Shown: positions 50,515 through 63,863, numbered from the whole stretch's first letter. The stretch is DNA of 63,863 nt, filler included, from Octopus bimaculoides (GCF_001194135.2; 6 parts of 6 records of this genome joined end to end with filler, not necessarily neighbours in it); one strand, 5' to 3'. The notes: generated by a model from the letters alone, not told the origin. Made by a program: numbers and translations.

Positions 50515-51410
50515 AAAGGCGGAAAGCTGGCAGAATCGTTAACACGTCGGACAAAATGCTTACCGGCATTTCGTCTCTCGTTACGTTCTGAGTTCAAATT
50601 CCGCTGAGGTCGATTTTGCCTTGCATCATTTCGGGGTCGATAAATTAAGTGCCAGTTACGCACTGGGGTCGATGTAATCGATTTAATCCTTTTATCTGCC
50701 CTTGTTTGTCCCCTCTATGTTTAGCCCCTTGTGGGCAATAAAGAAATAAGAATCGTTAGCACGTCGGACAAAATGCTTAGCGGCATTTCGTTCGTCTTAA
50801 CGTTCTAAGTGCAAATTCTGCCGTCGTCGAATTTGCCTTACATCACTTGGGGGTCGATAAAGTAAGTACCGGTTGAGCATTGGAGTCGATGTAAATGATT
50901 TACTCACGTCCTCCAAATTGCTGGCCTTGTACCAACATTTGAACTTAATATTTCCGCAAACCGTATACCAGCGAGCTGGCAGAATCATTAGCACAACGGG
51001 CAAAATGTTTAGCGGCATTTCGTCCGTCTTTACGTTCTGAGTTCAAATTCCGCCGAGGTCGACTTTGCACTTCATCCTCTCCAGATCGATTACATAAGTA
51101 CCAGTTTAACCCTCGGATCGATATATTCGACTTGCTCTTCCACTAAAGTTCCCGACCTGTGTCAAAATATCAAACCAATATTTCTATAAGTTTTCAAGCG
51201 GCAAGCTGGTAGAATCCTTACTGTGCAGGACATAAATATAAGCAGCGCTTTTCTTTGCCCTTTACGTTTTCAGTTCAAATACCGCCGAAGTGAACTTTGC
51301 TTGTCATCCTTTTGGGAGCGATAAAATAATTACAAGTAGAGCACTGAAGTTGATGTAATTGACGTCCTCTCTCCTCAGATTTACAGGCCTTGAGCCAAAA
51401 TGAAGACGAA
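50515..51410 (+). repeat. Head-to-tail array of four diverged SINE-B monomers
   Basis: Heads near 50515, 50750, 50970 and 51195, with a ~220-235 bp period. Confidence 0.8.
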
Positions 51411-51479
51411 TATTTATACAAGGCTTTCACACACCTGGGGTAAATGAACTAAAGTACGTATTGGAATCAATATGATATA

Positions 51480-51885
51480 GAAAATACCGTGATGACATTT
51501 TCGGTCAACCGCTTATGATGTGGGTGATATATTTAGTGTGAACTCCACAAAGTCTGCATCGATTGTTACATTTATGGCTTTTCCTGCACCTCTATCCCTT
51601 TTGTGCATCAGGTACTTGGTTGATATTTCCTGTTCCTGGATTGCAAACGCATACCCTTCAAAGTGGGAGGTAGTAATCCGGCTATTGGTCTATGATAAAC
51701 TGTTTTGATGATCGAAGTTATTAGCATCACGGAGCTTTCTACTAACATATCCATGCATAGTCTTCTGTTCATATAGGCTCATCCTTTCAGCTGAAGATGC
51801 GTTGCGGTAGAGTCGTGCGACTCCTTTGGGCATCTATTCTAGGTTATCAGATAAAGAGTGTTGCTCAAGGAGCTGTATTCATGTA
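51480..51885 (-). mobile_element. R4/Dong-like (RLE-type) non-LTR retrotransposon fragment
   Basis: MHGYVSRK..SHFEGYAFAIQEQEISTKYL then, after a frameshift, CNNRCRLCGVH..ITHIISG.PKM (CCHC finger preceding the RLE domain). Confidence 0.6.
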
Positions 51886-51915
51886 TGTATGTATGTACGT
51901 ACGTATGTATGTATA

Positions 51916-52127
51916 CATGAAGGAGTGCTGAAAAGTTCCTGGCTTTGGTAAAAGAAAATACACGATCAGTTAATTATGGCTTTATTCATCATATTCCCCT
52001 CTCAAATTCACACTTATTGCAGCGGTCATTCAGTTTTTCTAAGCCCCGTAAAAGAAATTAGAAGGTTGGACCTCCAACCAGATCTTTCGCGTCACCCCTA
52101 AAGCTAGGAACTTTCCAGCACCTTTCG
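51916..52127. mobile_element. mariner-derived MITE (~210 bp)
   Basis: TIRs gtgctgaaaagttcctggcttt and aaagctaggaactttccagcac; left TA site intact. Confidence 0.8.
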
Positions 52128-52194
52128 TTTGTTTGTTTGTTTTTTTCTCTCCTTTTTTTCTCTCTTTTTTTTTCTCTCCTTGTTTCTTTCTGTG

Positions 52195-52335
52195 TTCCTT
52201 TCTGTGGAAGAGCGTAGGCTCGATACGCTAAAGACTTTTTCACTTCCCGAGCATTATACTGATACTTCAGTTTGTTGTCTACACCACCTGTCTTCGTCTT
52301 TCGTATTTTTTGTGAATCCTCCCTATATATAAATA
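52195..52335 (+). mobile_element. Penelope-like pLTR remnant with a degenerate hammerhead
   Basis: CTGTGGA-A-GAGC GTAG GCTC-GATACG, followed by a pyrimidine-rich tail ending at tatatata. Confidence 0.45.
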
Positions 52336-52737
52336 CACATTTACTTTACTAAACTTATATTCGGGCTAAGCTCGAACAGCCCGAGTGCCAGAGTCTCCAC
52401 AGATACACACACACACACACANNNNNNNNNNNNNNNNNNNNNNNNNNNNNNNNNNNNNNNNNNNNNNNNNNNNNNNNNNNNNNNNNNNNNNNNNNNNNNN
52501 NNNNNNNNNNNNNNNNNNNNNNNNNNNNNNNNNNNNNNNNNNNNNNNNNNNNNNNNNNNNNNNNNNNNNNNNNNNNNNNNNNNNNNNNNNNNNNNNNNNN
52601 NNNNNNNNNNNNNNNNNNNNNNNNNNNNNNNNNNNNNNNNNNNNNNNNNNNNNNNNNNNNNNNNNNNNNNNNNNNNNNNNNNNNNNNNNNNNNNNNNNNN
52701 NNNNNNNNNNNNNNNNNNNNNNNNNNNNNNNNNNNNN

Positions 52738-53400
52738 GCTGAGGAAAACGACGCCCGAAACAATTGTCATACTTCAGACATCTTACAAGGACGCTGTGCC
52801 ATGACCAAAACACAAGTTTAAGAGTGGTTTCCACGCTTTAGAAATGGTCACTTGTCGCTGGAAGACCAACCTTGTTCAGGGCAATTGTCGACCTCCCGAT
52901 AGAATGAAAATTCATGAAAATTCATGAACTGCTCTTGGGGGACCGTCACTGAACAATTAACGAACTTATCGATATGACGGGTGTGTCCTGGAGCTCCTGC
53001 AAACGAATTTTGAGCGAGAAGTTGCGAATGAAAAGAATTGCAGCAAATCTGTGTCTCGCTTGCTCACGGAAGATCAAAGACAGTCACGACTGAATGCATG
53101 TTGTGAACTGAAAGAACAGTTGGAAATTGATCCGGACCTTTTTTCAAAGGTCCTCACTAGTGACGAAAGCTGGTGCTACAGAATTTGCAGATGTAGAAGA
53201 GGCGAAGAAAAAAAAAACAACGGAGGCGTTAAAGGGCATCACTTTACAAAAGTTCCAGCATTGCTTCGAACAGAGGAAAATGCTTCTGGAGCAATGCATT
53301 GCTTCAAATGGAGAATACTTTGAAGGCGATAAAATTGTAAACATGTAAAACTAAGTAGTAAGATATTGCAAAATTCCGGTTTCTTTTGGGTACCCCGTCA
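52738..53400 (+). mobile_element. mariner transposon, internally deleted
   Basis: ETIVILQTSYKDA.., VSRLLTEDQRQSRLNACCELKEQL..KVLTSDESWCY, ITLQKFQHCFEQ..GEYFEGD; ends ttccggtttcttttgggtaccccgtca|TA. Confidence 0.85.
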
Positions 53401-53749
53401 TACATATGTTCAATATCAGACTTCATTTTATTTCCTCGTATTTCCATGTCCTTGTATATCTGTCATTGCAGACGTTATCACTTTGTATTGGACGCTTTTC
53501 GCTGTGGACCGTTTTTCACTAATTGCTTTCCACACAAGGAAACTATTCTTGTTATGACTACGAAATACTTATCCATTTGATTGCTATATATACACATACA
53601 TACGGCGCTGATATACGCACATTATATACGCATACACACACATGCATATAAACTTACACCGGCACACATATGTACATAAACATGCATAAAGTTATACACA
53701 CACAAACGCGCGTGCATACACACACATGCATACATGCATATATATATAT

Positions 53750-53796
<47 letters not shown>

Positions 53797-53984
53797 TATA
53801 CATATGTATATATGTATATGAATACATATACATATGTATACATTTCAATATGCTTGTATATGTGTGCATATATATACATGCATGNNNNNNNNNNNNNNNN
53901 NNNNNNNNNNNNNNNNNNNNNNNNNNNNTTAATTAATTAANNNNNNNNNNNNNNNNNNNNNNNNNNNNNNNNNNNNNNNNNNNN

Positions 53985-54215
53985 TGGCACATAAAAGACA
54001 CCATTTCGAGCGTGGCCGTTTTCGTGCGGGTGACACGTAAAAGCACCAACTACACTCTCTGAGTGGTTGGCGTTAGGAAGGGCATCCAGCTGTAGAAACT
54101 CTGCCAAATCAGACTGGAGCCTGGTGTTGCCATCCGGTTTCACCAGTCCTCAGTCAAATCGTCCAACCCATGCTAGCATGGAAAGCGGACGTTAAACGAT
54201 GATGATGATGATGAT
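53985..54215 (+). mobile_element. RTE 3' tail, little diverged
   Basis: Nearly identical to 60800-61032. Confidence 0.85.
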
Positions 54216-55312
54216 GACTATTATTATTAGGTTTTCTTCTTGTTTCAGTTTTGCTTCCAATACTTGTTGAGTATCTACCCAGCTCCTTGGGCAAAGAAAC
54301 ACACTGCATACATTAATAGGCCATTGAAATAAACACACCAGATTGTTCATTTGCAAAATGAAGTAAAGTTATGCAGAAAAAAATTAAAATACATCATTAG
54401 CAGTTGTTCTCACATCGACAATGCTCTTCTCAATATGTGTGATCACCACCATCAGCACCACCATTACTATCATCATCATCAATATTATTTGTAGACACAT
54501 AAAATATATAGTCTTTGAGATAATAGATTTTCTATAATGTAAGACATTATAGATGCTCATTGTCTATAAATACTTGATTTTTGTCCCAACAGTTGTTCTG
54601 TTGCTCCTTTTCCATCTCAAATTGATGCTTATAATATCTAATATCAATTACATTGAAATCTTAACAGTTTATCCATAGTAGATTTTCCTACTTTAACAAT
54701 CAGATCACCATATGAAATTGAAATATTGCCATCATGTTAAGAATAAAAGTCTTGTTACTGATATGGTTTGTTCTTGTCACTGTCATGATTAAAAAGCTTC
54801 AAATAGGATTAACCTTGAAATGGGTAATTATTTGAAAGAAAAAATACCATCTTGTTTTCTTTTATAAATATTAAGAAACAATGTTTTTCCACTTATTTGA
54901 AAACTATAGTTTTTTTCCGTTCAATTTTTTTAAATATCCAATTTGGAACATAGCAAAAGATGAGAGCTACTTACTTTATGTAAAGAGGTTTATTTTTTTG
55001 TTGCAAGCTGAAAAGGTGGAGAAGAAGGGTAATGTGAATAATGATGATGATTATGCCAGCTGCAATGATGATGACAAACATAACAACTAGTTAAATAAGG
55101 ATAAGGAAGAGAAAATTTATTCTCCAAAATGCAAAAGTATACAATTAAAAGAATTTAATTCTGTTCACATATTTGTTTTGCAAGATTCTTGATGTGAAAT
55201 CGTGTGTTGAAACAGATACTGTTGTGCTCAGCGATGGTCATTTCTTGCTAATTGCATGCATGCACTATTTATTTGATTTTCAGTTAAGTTTTATTATAAT
55301 TATCTTTATTTT

Positions 55313-55476
55313 ATTTGTCTGTCAAAATTCTTTGGTCACACATACTGTGACCTCTTCAGTGACTTTATATCCAATATGTATCTCCTCTTGTCCTGCCTCA
55401 CAGAAATATGACACATGGGACCAAGAGCCACTGAAGAGGCCACAGAATATGTGAGGCAAGAACTTTGACAGACAAC
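55313..55476. repeat. Fold-back element with two hammerhead-like arms
   Basis: Arms 55313-55365 and 55423-55476 are imperfect reverse complements; a related partial copy lies at ~4015-4066. Confidence 0.7.
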
Positions 55477-55936
55477 GAAACTAAAAATAATAACAATAAT
55501 AATCCTTCCTGTAATAAGCACAAGGCCTGAAATTGTGATGGTGGGTGGGCCAAGTCAATTACATCAACTCCAGTACATAGCTGGTACTTATTTCATCAAC
55601 CCAGAAGGGATGAAAGGCAAAGTCAACCGCTGCAGAATTTGAACTCAGAATGCTGCTGCAGGCAAAATACTGGTAAACATTTTATCCAGCACATGATGTA
55701 CTATGAATATGAATATATTGTATGTACACAAATCTTTTACCTTTTACTTGTGCCATTAGACTGCAGCCCATGCTGGGGCTTCACCTGAAAAAATTTTAGT
55801 CAAATGAATCTACCCAAGTACTTATCTTTATAGTCTGGTACTTATTCTAGCATTTACATTTATATGTATATATATTTGGAGGTGGAGTGGACTGCTAAAT
55901 TACTGGTTGTGAAGCACTGATGGGGACAAGTACATG

Positions 55937-56007
<71 letters not shown>

Positions 56008-58829
56008 GGCTTCTTTCAGTTTCCATCTACCAAATCTGCTACTATAACCCAAGGCTATAGTAGAAGACACTTGCCTAAGGTGCTACACAGTGGAGCTGAA
56101 CCTGGAGTAATGTAGTTGAGAAGCAAACTTTTACCACATAACTATGCCTGTGTCTATGTTATTTCAGTACAAATATTCAGATGGTATATCAATTATCAAT
56201 TGCATAACTGTATAATATTTTATATATTGTATATATAAATATTCATATATTATATATTAACTCTGTCAGAAACATCTCTGGTTAGAACCAATATACAATA
56301 CAAGGAAGTTAATCAACATTACAGTCCCCAAATGATTGCTTCCTTTTACTCACTTATCTAGCTTATTTGTCTTTGTATCTTCTATCACCACTAAATCCTG
56401 TTTGAATTCTCTTCTAACTAGATGACTGTGTTGCCACTATTATTTAGACTATGATTGAATAACTGCAAAAATATTCACCTGAAATCATTGGCATCATATA
56501 AGCAGCATTCTACTATTACAAGACATGTGGGTGTATGTATATATGTCTATGTATATATTGTTGTGTCTAGGGAGTGTCGTTATGCCAATATTAATAACAT
56601 ATGCACTGTTGACGAATAAATCAAAAAGCAAAACAAACGACCAACTGTTTAATCAACAAGTTAAACAAACAAATAATCGATTAGTTAGTTGGATAGATAT
56701 TTAACCAGCTGACTAATAATAAAGGAGTGGACTTGAACCAGTGCATGTGTCTTTAATATTGTTATAATGACTCTCCCTAGATACAACAAAATTTGTTTCA
56801 ACTCACAAATTCGCATAAAGAATTTTGCAAACCAAATGCAAAAACAAAGTATACGTATATAGTTGAGTAAGATTCGAGTAATAACTTTGTAGATTGCTAT
56901 TATTTATCTCTGTATTTTATAAATGGTGTTAATGTACGTAAGATGTATACATATGTGCATATACAAAAGATAGGTTAGTAGAGTAAGAGGTTGGAATAAC
57001 CATCTGAGGAATAAGAGTATCTGTTATACTACCAGTGTAATTACCTATGTTAACCCTGGACATACATATGCAACCATAATAAATAATAATAATAATAATA
57101 ATAATAAATAATAAATAATGTATTGAATTAAAAAGTAATAATTGATATAAGTCAATTGTTGTTGATCAATATTTTTCCATTTTCTGTATACAAAAAGATA
57201 TATCCATGTAATATATTAAATTTACTCTGTATTTTGTTTACTTTAATTTCTGTCTTTAGAATTAGGTAATTACTAAGATGCATGTATGTGTATGTGTGTA
57301 TGTAAGACAAGATGGTTGTATGGGACTAATGTATGCATAGGGTGGTAAGGATTATCATTTCAAAGAAGAATTTAAAAACTAAATGGTAATAAATTAATTT
57401 TAAATAGTGACTTATTCTAGTTCTACAATGGGGCAGTTATTTTGATGTGGGGTGGAGGGCAAGGTAATTTGAGTTCCAAAAAGAAACAAGTAACAGTTGA
57501 TAGGTACTAAAATGGTCAGTCCTAACCATCTTATCGCTTTCCTATCTCTTAACACTTTGTTTTATTTTATTTTTCATTTTATTCTTAAGTCCATCTTCCT
57601 TATAATCTGATCTTTAGATAGAATAAAAACATTCATAGTCAACCTGACCCTTTTATTTTCTTTTGTCTACTTTTTTTATCTATGTATTTTGTATTTTGAT
57701 TGTAATTGTATCTTGTCTGTCATTATATCTATGGTCTTAATTTTGTCCATAAACTACTGGGAATGACGTATCAATCTGGATGTAGATTATCAAACTGAGT
57801 GAAATGGCAAAAGGACCTAACGAAGAACTTATTTAAACAATCACCTGAGAAGGTACATTCTACACCTTTGATGTAAGATAATGATTGCTTCCTTTGACCA
57901 TTGCATAAAAAGTATTAAGAAAGAATGTTATTTAGATATACTATTATTTTAGTTGTTTAAACTATTTTACACTTGCTTATACTTTTATATATTCAAAGTT
58001 CATAAATTTTCTTAATTAAATAATGAATCATATTCCTTTTGATAATATCAGTATGATTACAAAACTTTTTTGCAGACGATATTTTCTGTTTGGTTGACAT
58101 TAATTTTCAAATTACTGGAGTCCGTTGCTCTACTCATAGTCTAATAACTAATGTAATAATTATGATGCCACTAAAATCCTGCTATACTCTTGCTAATAGA
58201 GAAACAAAAGACTGCCATTTATATTCAGTCTAGTATAAGATTATAAAATAAAATTAACATAAAATGAAACAACAAAAAGAACACTAAATTTGGGCCCATT
58301 CCAACCAACCAACAAGGTAACTCTTAAAACACTAGGACAACAAAAGGGAATTTTATCAATCCTGTGAAGGACATGCACCAGATTATACCGGAAAAGGAAC
58401 ACATGTAACTACAAACATATTACAAGTAAAAGAGAAAAAGAGTAGAGTATCATCATCATCATCATCATTATCATCGTCATCACCATCATCATCATCATTT
58501 AACATCCCTTTTTCCATGCTTGCATGAGTTGGACATTTCAATGAGTCAGTGGACTATGTGGCCTGGATTCTGCAGCTGGTTACCCTTCCTAATGTCAGAC
58601 ACTCTACAGAGTGTACTGAGTACATTTCTCATGGCACCAGCATTAGTGAGGTCATCAAAACCCTTCAAATGAGTGGGTATAGTAATGAAGGATTTGAAAG
58701 TATGATAGTAGAACAAGAACAAAATGGTGATTGTCATATACAGTGGGTGTCAGTTTTTTTAGATCATTTGTGTGAATTTAGAAAAAGACCATAGCCCATC
58801 AAAGAAAAGCTGTAATTGTATACAAATTG

Positions 58830-59075
58830 GTACAAATAATCTTGATTGTGTTGGAAGCATTATCATACCTGAATCAGCTGATCTTTATCAACATTGGACA
58901 CAGTGCTAGTTATGGTGGACTTGAGAGATTGTATGATGCTATAGGAGAGTTCATTGACCTCTCTCTTGACTACACCCCATACATAATAACTCAATGGATT
59001 GAGGTTTTGCAAGCTAGAAAGTCATATGTCTGAGAGAACATGATCATGAAGGAGCTGGTACACTAATTAATTGAA
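58830..59075 (-). mobile_element. Tc1/mariner (maT-like) transposase C-terminal fragment
   Basis: HDHVLSDI*LSSLQNLNPLSYYVWGVVKREVNE..LKSTI, matching the WPPNSPDLNPLDYYVWG region. Confidence 0.65.
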
Positions 59076-59469
59076 ATAAGTTACGTATAGTATGATTTTG
59101 ACATAAATATTTCATTGCTATCTGTTATTTTTGATAACAACAAAAGATTTATATTAAAATCAAATCTATTATTTGTATTCATTATATCTATCTTGGGTAT
59201 GCATTACATGCCTTGCATTCATATAGGAAACATCATTAGTTAAGTTCTTCATTCTTAAATTGGCATAAGGGATCAACTTTGAAATGGTATGCAACTGACT
59301 AAATTGCTTACAGTAGGGTTTGATAATGGGATGTACAAAACATAAGGTAAGCTGTGTATAACATTTAGTTTAATATTTCTGCCATTTCTAACATTTGACT
59401 ACCCTAATAGCATCAATAATAATGATAATCAGTATGATTAATAGAAAAGAAAAATATGAAAATGTGTTT

Positions 59470-59550
<81 letters not shown>

Positions 59551-60607
59551 TTGCATATATATGTATATATGTGTGTGTATATGTGAGTGTATATGTTTGT
59601 GTGCCTGCGTATGTATATATGTGTGTGTGTGTATATATATATAAGTATATAAAGTATTATATACTATAATTCAGAGTCCATATGAGAACATTTGTATTTT
59701 ACATTCAAAGAATTTAATTATAACATTAAAAAACACAATTATTTCTTTTTGATATGAGCAAGTTCTGTATTTAATGGTCTATATTATCATATAGGCTTAC
59801 CAGCAAAGAGAAAAAGAAATTAAATTCCAAATTAATCTAACATTCAAACAAACAAAAAAATTACTATAAGCTGGCTTCAAAAATATGTAACATACAGTAA
59901 AAACCAACAAAACCCTACATTTAAAAGCAGCAAAATATGGAGGTAGAGAAAAAAAACAATCTTGTAATAGAAAAAGAAAGCAATAATTGGGTTTTTTTAA
60001 TGCATTTTTTTAAAACTCCATAGCACTTGTGTTTATAAATCTTGTTAATATGTTAATGTAAAAAGAGAAAGTTGTATAAACAGCAAAATTAAATAACAAC
60101 AATGATTACAATGCCTCCCCATCCCCCCCATATCACCATCACCACTACCACCACTGACACCAACATCAACTAATAAAAAGTTCTTGTGAGCTTTTTCTTA
60201 CATAGCTTGACAACCAGCCCAGTAAAAGAGATTTTTTTTTTAATGCTAGGCAACACTCATCTGTGAACTTGAGTTTTCTAAATTTGGAAACCTTGTACAC
60301 ACAGCACAAATGGGCTACCTATTAATATTTATATTAATTAAACTTCAAAAGTTTTATAGAAGGCTTTAATAAAAGTACATATTTTACTTTTAAGACTATT
60401 CTGGTCTTCAAAATTTTACTGTACTGTTTTTGCTCCAGACCATTGATAAGATATATATATTATACACACACACACACACACACACATATATACATATATC
60501 ATATATATGTATACATATATATATATCATATATATAGACATACATACATACTATATATATACATATATATTTTATATGTATGTATAAATAAATAAATATA
60601 TATATGG

Positions 60608-61032
60608 AAATGTGCTGTGCGTGAGAAGACCCGGCAAGCCAAGTGAGATCGTTGCCAGTGCCCCTGGACTGGCACTTGTGCAGGTGGCACATAAGATGTA
60701 CCATCCTGAGCGTGACCGTTGCCAGTACCGCCTGACTGGCCTTGTAGGGTTTTCGAGCGAGATCGTTGCCAGTGCCCCTGGACTGGCTCTTGTGCGGGTG
60801 GCACATAAAAGACACCATTTCGAGCGTGGCCGTTTTCGTGCGAGTGACACGTAAAAGCACCCACTACACTCTCTGAGTGGTTGGCGTTAGGAAGGGCATC
60901 CAGCTGTAGAAACTCTGCCAAATTAGATTGGAGCCTGATGTTGCCATCCGGTTTCACCAGTCCTCAGTCAAATCGTCCAACCCATGCTAGCTTGGAAAGC
61001 GGACGTTAAACGATGATGATGATGATGATGAC
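60608..61032 (+). mobile_element. RTE 3' end (ORF terminus, four UTR modules, (GAT)n)
   Basis: gctgtgcgtgagaagacccggcaagccaagtga encodes AVREKTRQAK*, followed by repeated gttgccagt..actggc modules. Confidence 0.85.
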
Positions 61033-61313
61033 NNNNNNNNNNNNNNNNNNNNNNNNNNNNNNNNNNNNNNNNNNNNTTAATTAATTAANNNNNNNNNNNN
61101 NNNNNNNNNNNNNNNNNNNNNNNNNNNNNNNNTATATATATATGTATATATACATATATGTATATGTATGTATATATGCATGCATGCATACTATAAATGT
61201 GGATACATACGTATGTGCATACATGCATACAGACACACACACACATACACACACATATATAATCGTATGCATATACATATGAGTTTGCGTGCGTGTGTGC
61301 GAATGTGTGCGAA

Positions 61314-61359
<46 letters not shown>

Positions 61360-61999
61360 TGCTTGTAAGTGCACGCTCTTGTGCGTGTGTGTGTTATTGA
61401 GCGTAAGTTGGCAACATTTAAGTGTTCATTATTATTACATTTTACAAACGCCGGATGGATGTTACGAAAGAAATTTGATTTCATTGCATGACTTCACAGA
61501 CGACTAGCCATCTGAAATGATAATTCATCGAAGTTGCAACAAATCGACGATTGTTCGAAAGCAATCGTCATTAGTTCATTGAGCTTTAAGGCCAAATTGC
61601 ACAGTTATAAAACGATTCAGTATAACTCTTTGTAAGGAGGGAATGCATTTAACGTTGTTGACTATGATTAGCTTATTCCTCATAGTACATTCTTTTGATT
61701 ATTTTTAACGTTATTTACTTTATTTTGGTTATTTTTATCACTTTACCTAAATAATGTCGTTATTGGGTATCTCTACAAGGGATACGATAATGAAACTCAT
61801 TCATATATTAGCAAAAGCTTATGCTCCTAAACGGGACAACTCGCTTCAGTTTACGGAGAATTTTCGATGGATTCTTCTAGAATTTAGATTGAAATTGAAT
61901 ATAGCTAAACAAATTGTACTTTAATCAGAATGATATCGTCCCTCCTAACTATTGGAATATTGGAGGTACTGTATTTGAATTATTTCCATATTGTATTAA

Positions 62000-62042
<43 letters not shown>

Positions 62043-63534
62043 TNNNNNNNNNNGTACGTATATATATGTATGTGTAAGCGAGTGAACGAAAACATGTATT
62101 TATAAATATGCGTGTATAATTAAATGATTAGTAGTTCTCTATAGAGTAATCAGATCTGATGCTTCTGTTTGAAGGGTACTTCAGTAGCTATATGTCCGTT
62201 AATTGATCAACGCATAGATCTATCGAACATTGGTTAAATCAGTAACACAATTATCTCGTTTCCCGATTTCACTGCAAGAACCTAAAGTCTGATAGACCTA
62301 AAGTCCAAAGCTAGATTTACTATATTAATATCAAAGAAATAATGCGATATATATATATATAAATATATATACATANNNNNNNNNNNNNNNNNNNNNNNNN
62401 NNNNNNNNNNNNNNNNNNNTTAATTAATTAANNNNNNNNNNNNNNNNNNNNNNNNNNNNNNNNNNNNNNNNNNNNATTATATCAGCAGTTACACAGGAAC
62501 ACCACCACCACTACAACAGCAGCAGAAGCAGCAGTAACATAGGCACACTACTACAATAGCAGCAGTACCACTATAGTACCACTTCAGCAGCAGCAGCAGT
62601 TAGAGTGGAACACTACAGCAGGATACACATCATCCATCACACACAACTACAGTGAAGGATTAAACAATGCAGGTAAGTCTCTCTCTCTCTCTCTCTCTTT
62701 ATTATCTTTTCATATTCATTATAACATTTATATTAAATAAATTTCTAGTGAAAGATAAGCTAAGGATAATATCTAAAATGTCTGCCATGTTGTATATATA
62801 TATATATATACACACACAGGGACTGGGACAGTGGATGATAGGGAGATCTCGCCATCACTTCCTCCATTAACAACAACAACAACAACAGCTGCAGTAGTCA
62901 TTGTAATTCAATTACTTCAATCTGGATTACGTCTTTTAATGTCAGAATCACACAAGACAACATTATACAAGAGATATTTAACTATATATATTGTTGTGGT
63001 ATATTTTATATACATTATTGGTCTAATATAGTCCTAAGTAAGTGTATGTATATTTATTTAGCAATCAGAAAACATTTATTGAAAACCAATAAGATTGGGT
63101 TTTAATAATGTATGTCAGTATAGTTTCTATCTATTTTCTTATAATAATTCACTAATTTAATCTTAAACATTCTCCACCATTTACAAATGCTAACAAATCA
63201 CTAAAATCCCTGTGTATAGATATTTATATGTATATGTATATATTAAACTGATAAGAGTACATATTAGACCTTGATGTATATATATATATATATATAAAGA
63301 AGTATTATTACCGTTATTTATAGTAATAATAAGGTGGCTAGCAAGTTCATGCCTTTACAGGCACAATATAAGGTAAATTGAGATTCAGTATGGTATATAA
63401 TACCACTTGTTAAATGTCTTTTGTATATTTCTATATACTTATATTAAACTTGGAATGTTTTATTGTTATTTTTATTATTATTATTATTATTTGTAGTAGT
63501 AGTAGTATCAAGATGGTGATAAATATAGTCATCA

Positions 63535-63863
63535 CCATTATCATCATCGTTTAATATACGTCTTCCATGCATGTATGGGTAGGACGGTTGACAGGAGCTG
63601 GCCAGGTAGAAGAGTACCCCAGGTATCTGTGTCTGTTTTGGCAGGGTTTTTACTACTGGATGCCCTTCCTTACCCCAGCCACTCTGACAACAAGAGATGT
63701 ATTTTGTAGATTTGTTGTATCTGAAGTCTTGTTTAATGTAAATATTCTGTGATGGTATTGGTTATCATCATCATCATCATCATCGTTTAACATCTGTTTT
63801 CCATGCTCGCATGGGTTGGACAGTTTGAGGTCTGGAGAGCCAGCGGCTGCACCAGGCTCCAAT
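63535..63863 (-). mobile_element. Two RTE-type 3' tails in the same orientation
   Basis: catcatcatcgtttaa..ccatgc..gggt.ggac at ~63537 and ~63770. Confidence 0.75.

Noticed and set aside
62477-62676. CAG-rich plus-strand stretch ending in CAG|gtaagt
   Set aside because: Degenerate trinucleotide sequence with stops and no polypyrimidine acceptor.

Overview
AT-rich, microsatellite-laden eukaryotic DNA with many assembly gaps. The SINE, RTE-tail and Penelope repertoire points to an octopus genome (inference). The window is mostly intronic sequence of one minus-strand gene. Four phase-compatible coding exons (10167-10419, 9294-9501, 3122-3236, 1407-1569) splice into one open frame that ends inside a PDZ domain and resembles the pre-PDZ3/PDZ3 region of DLG5. 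The introns hold a degraded full-length Gypsy element (LTRs plus 5-bp TSD), a piggyBac, a small LTR element with a tRNA-Trp primer site, Helitron, Chapaev3, Tc1/mariner, RTE and R4-like fragments, and many SINEs. Most notable: (i) several Penelope-type minimal hammerhead ribozymes, including a 204-bp near-perfect palindrome carrying two of them, where the copies on the host-gene sense strand have damaged cores; (ii) the small LTR element, whose primer site matches 32 or more nt of mature tRNA-Trp and is followed by two degenerate tandem copies and structured hairpins; (iii) a roughly 10-kb CpG-retaining domain; (iv) candidate poison or exonised exons. Family names come from recalled motifs; no database search was run.
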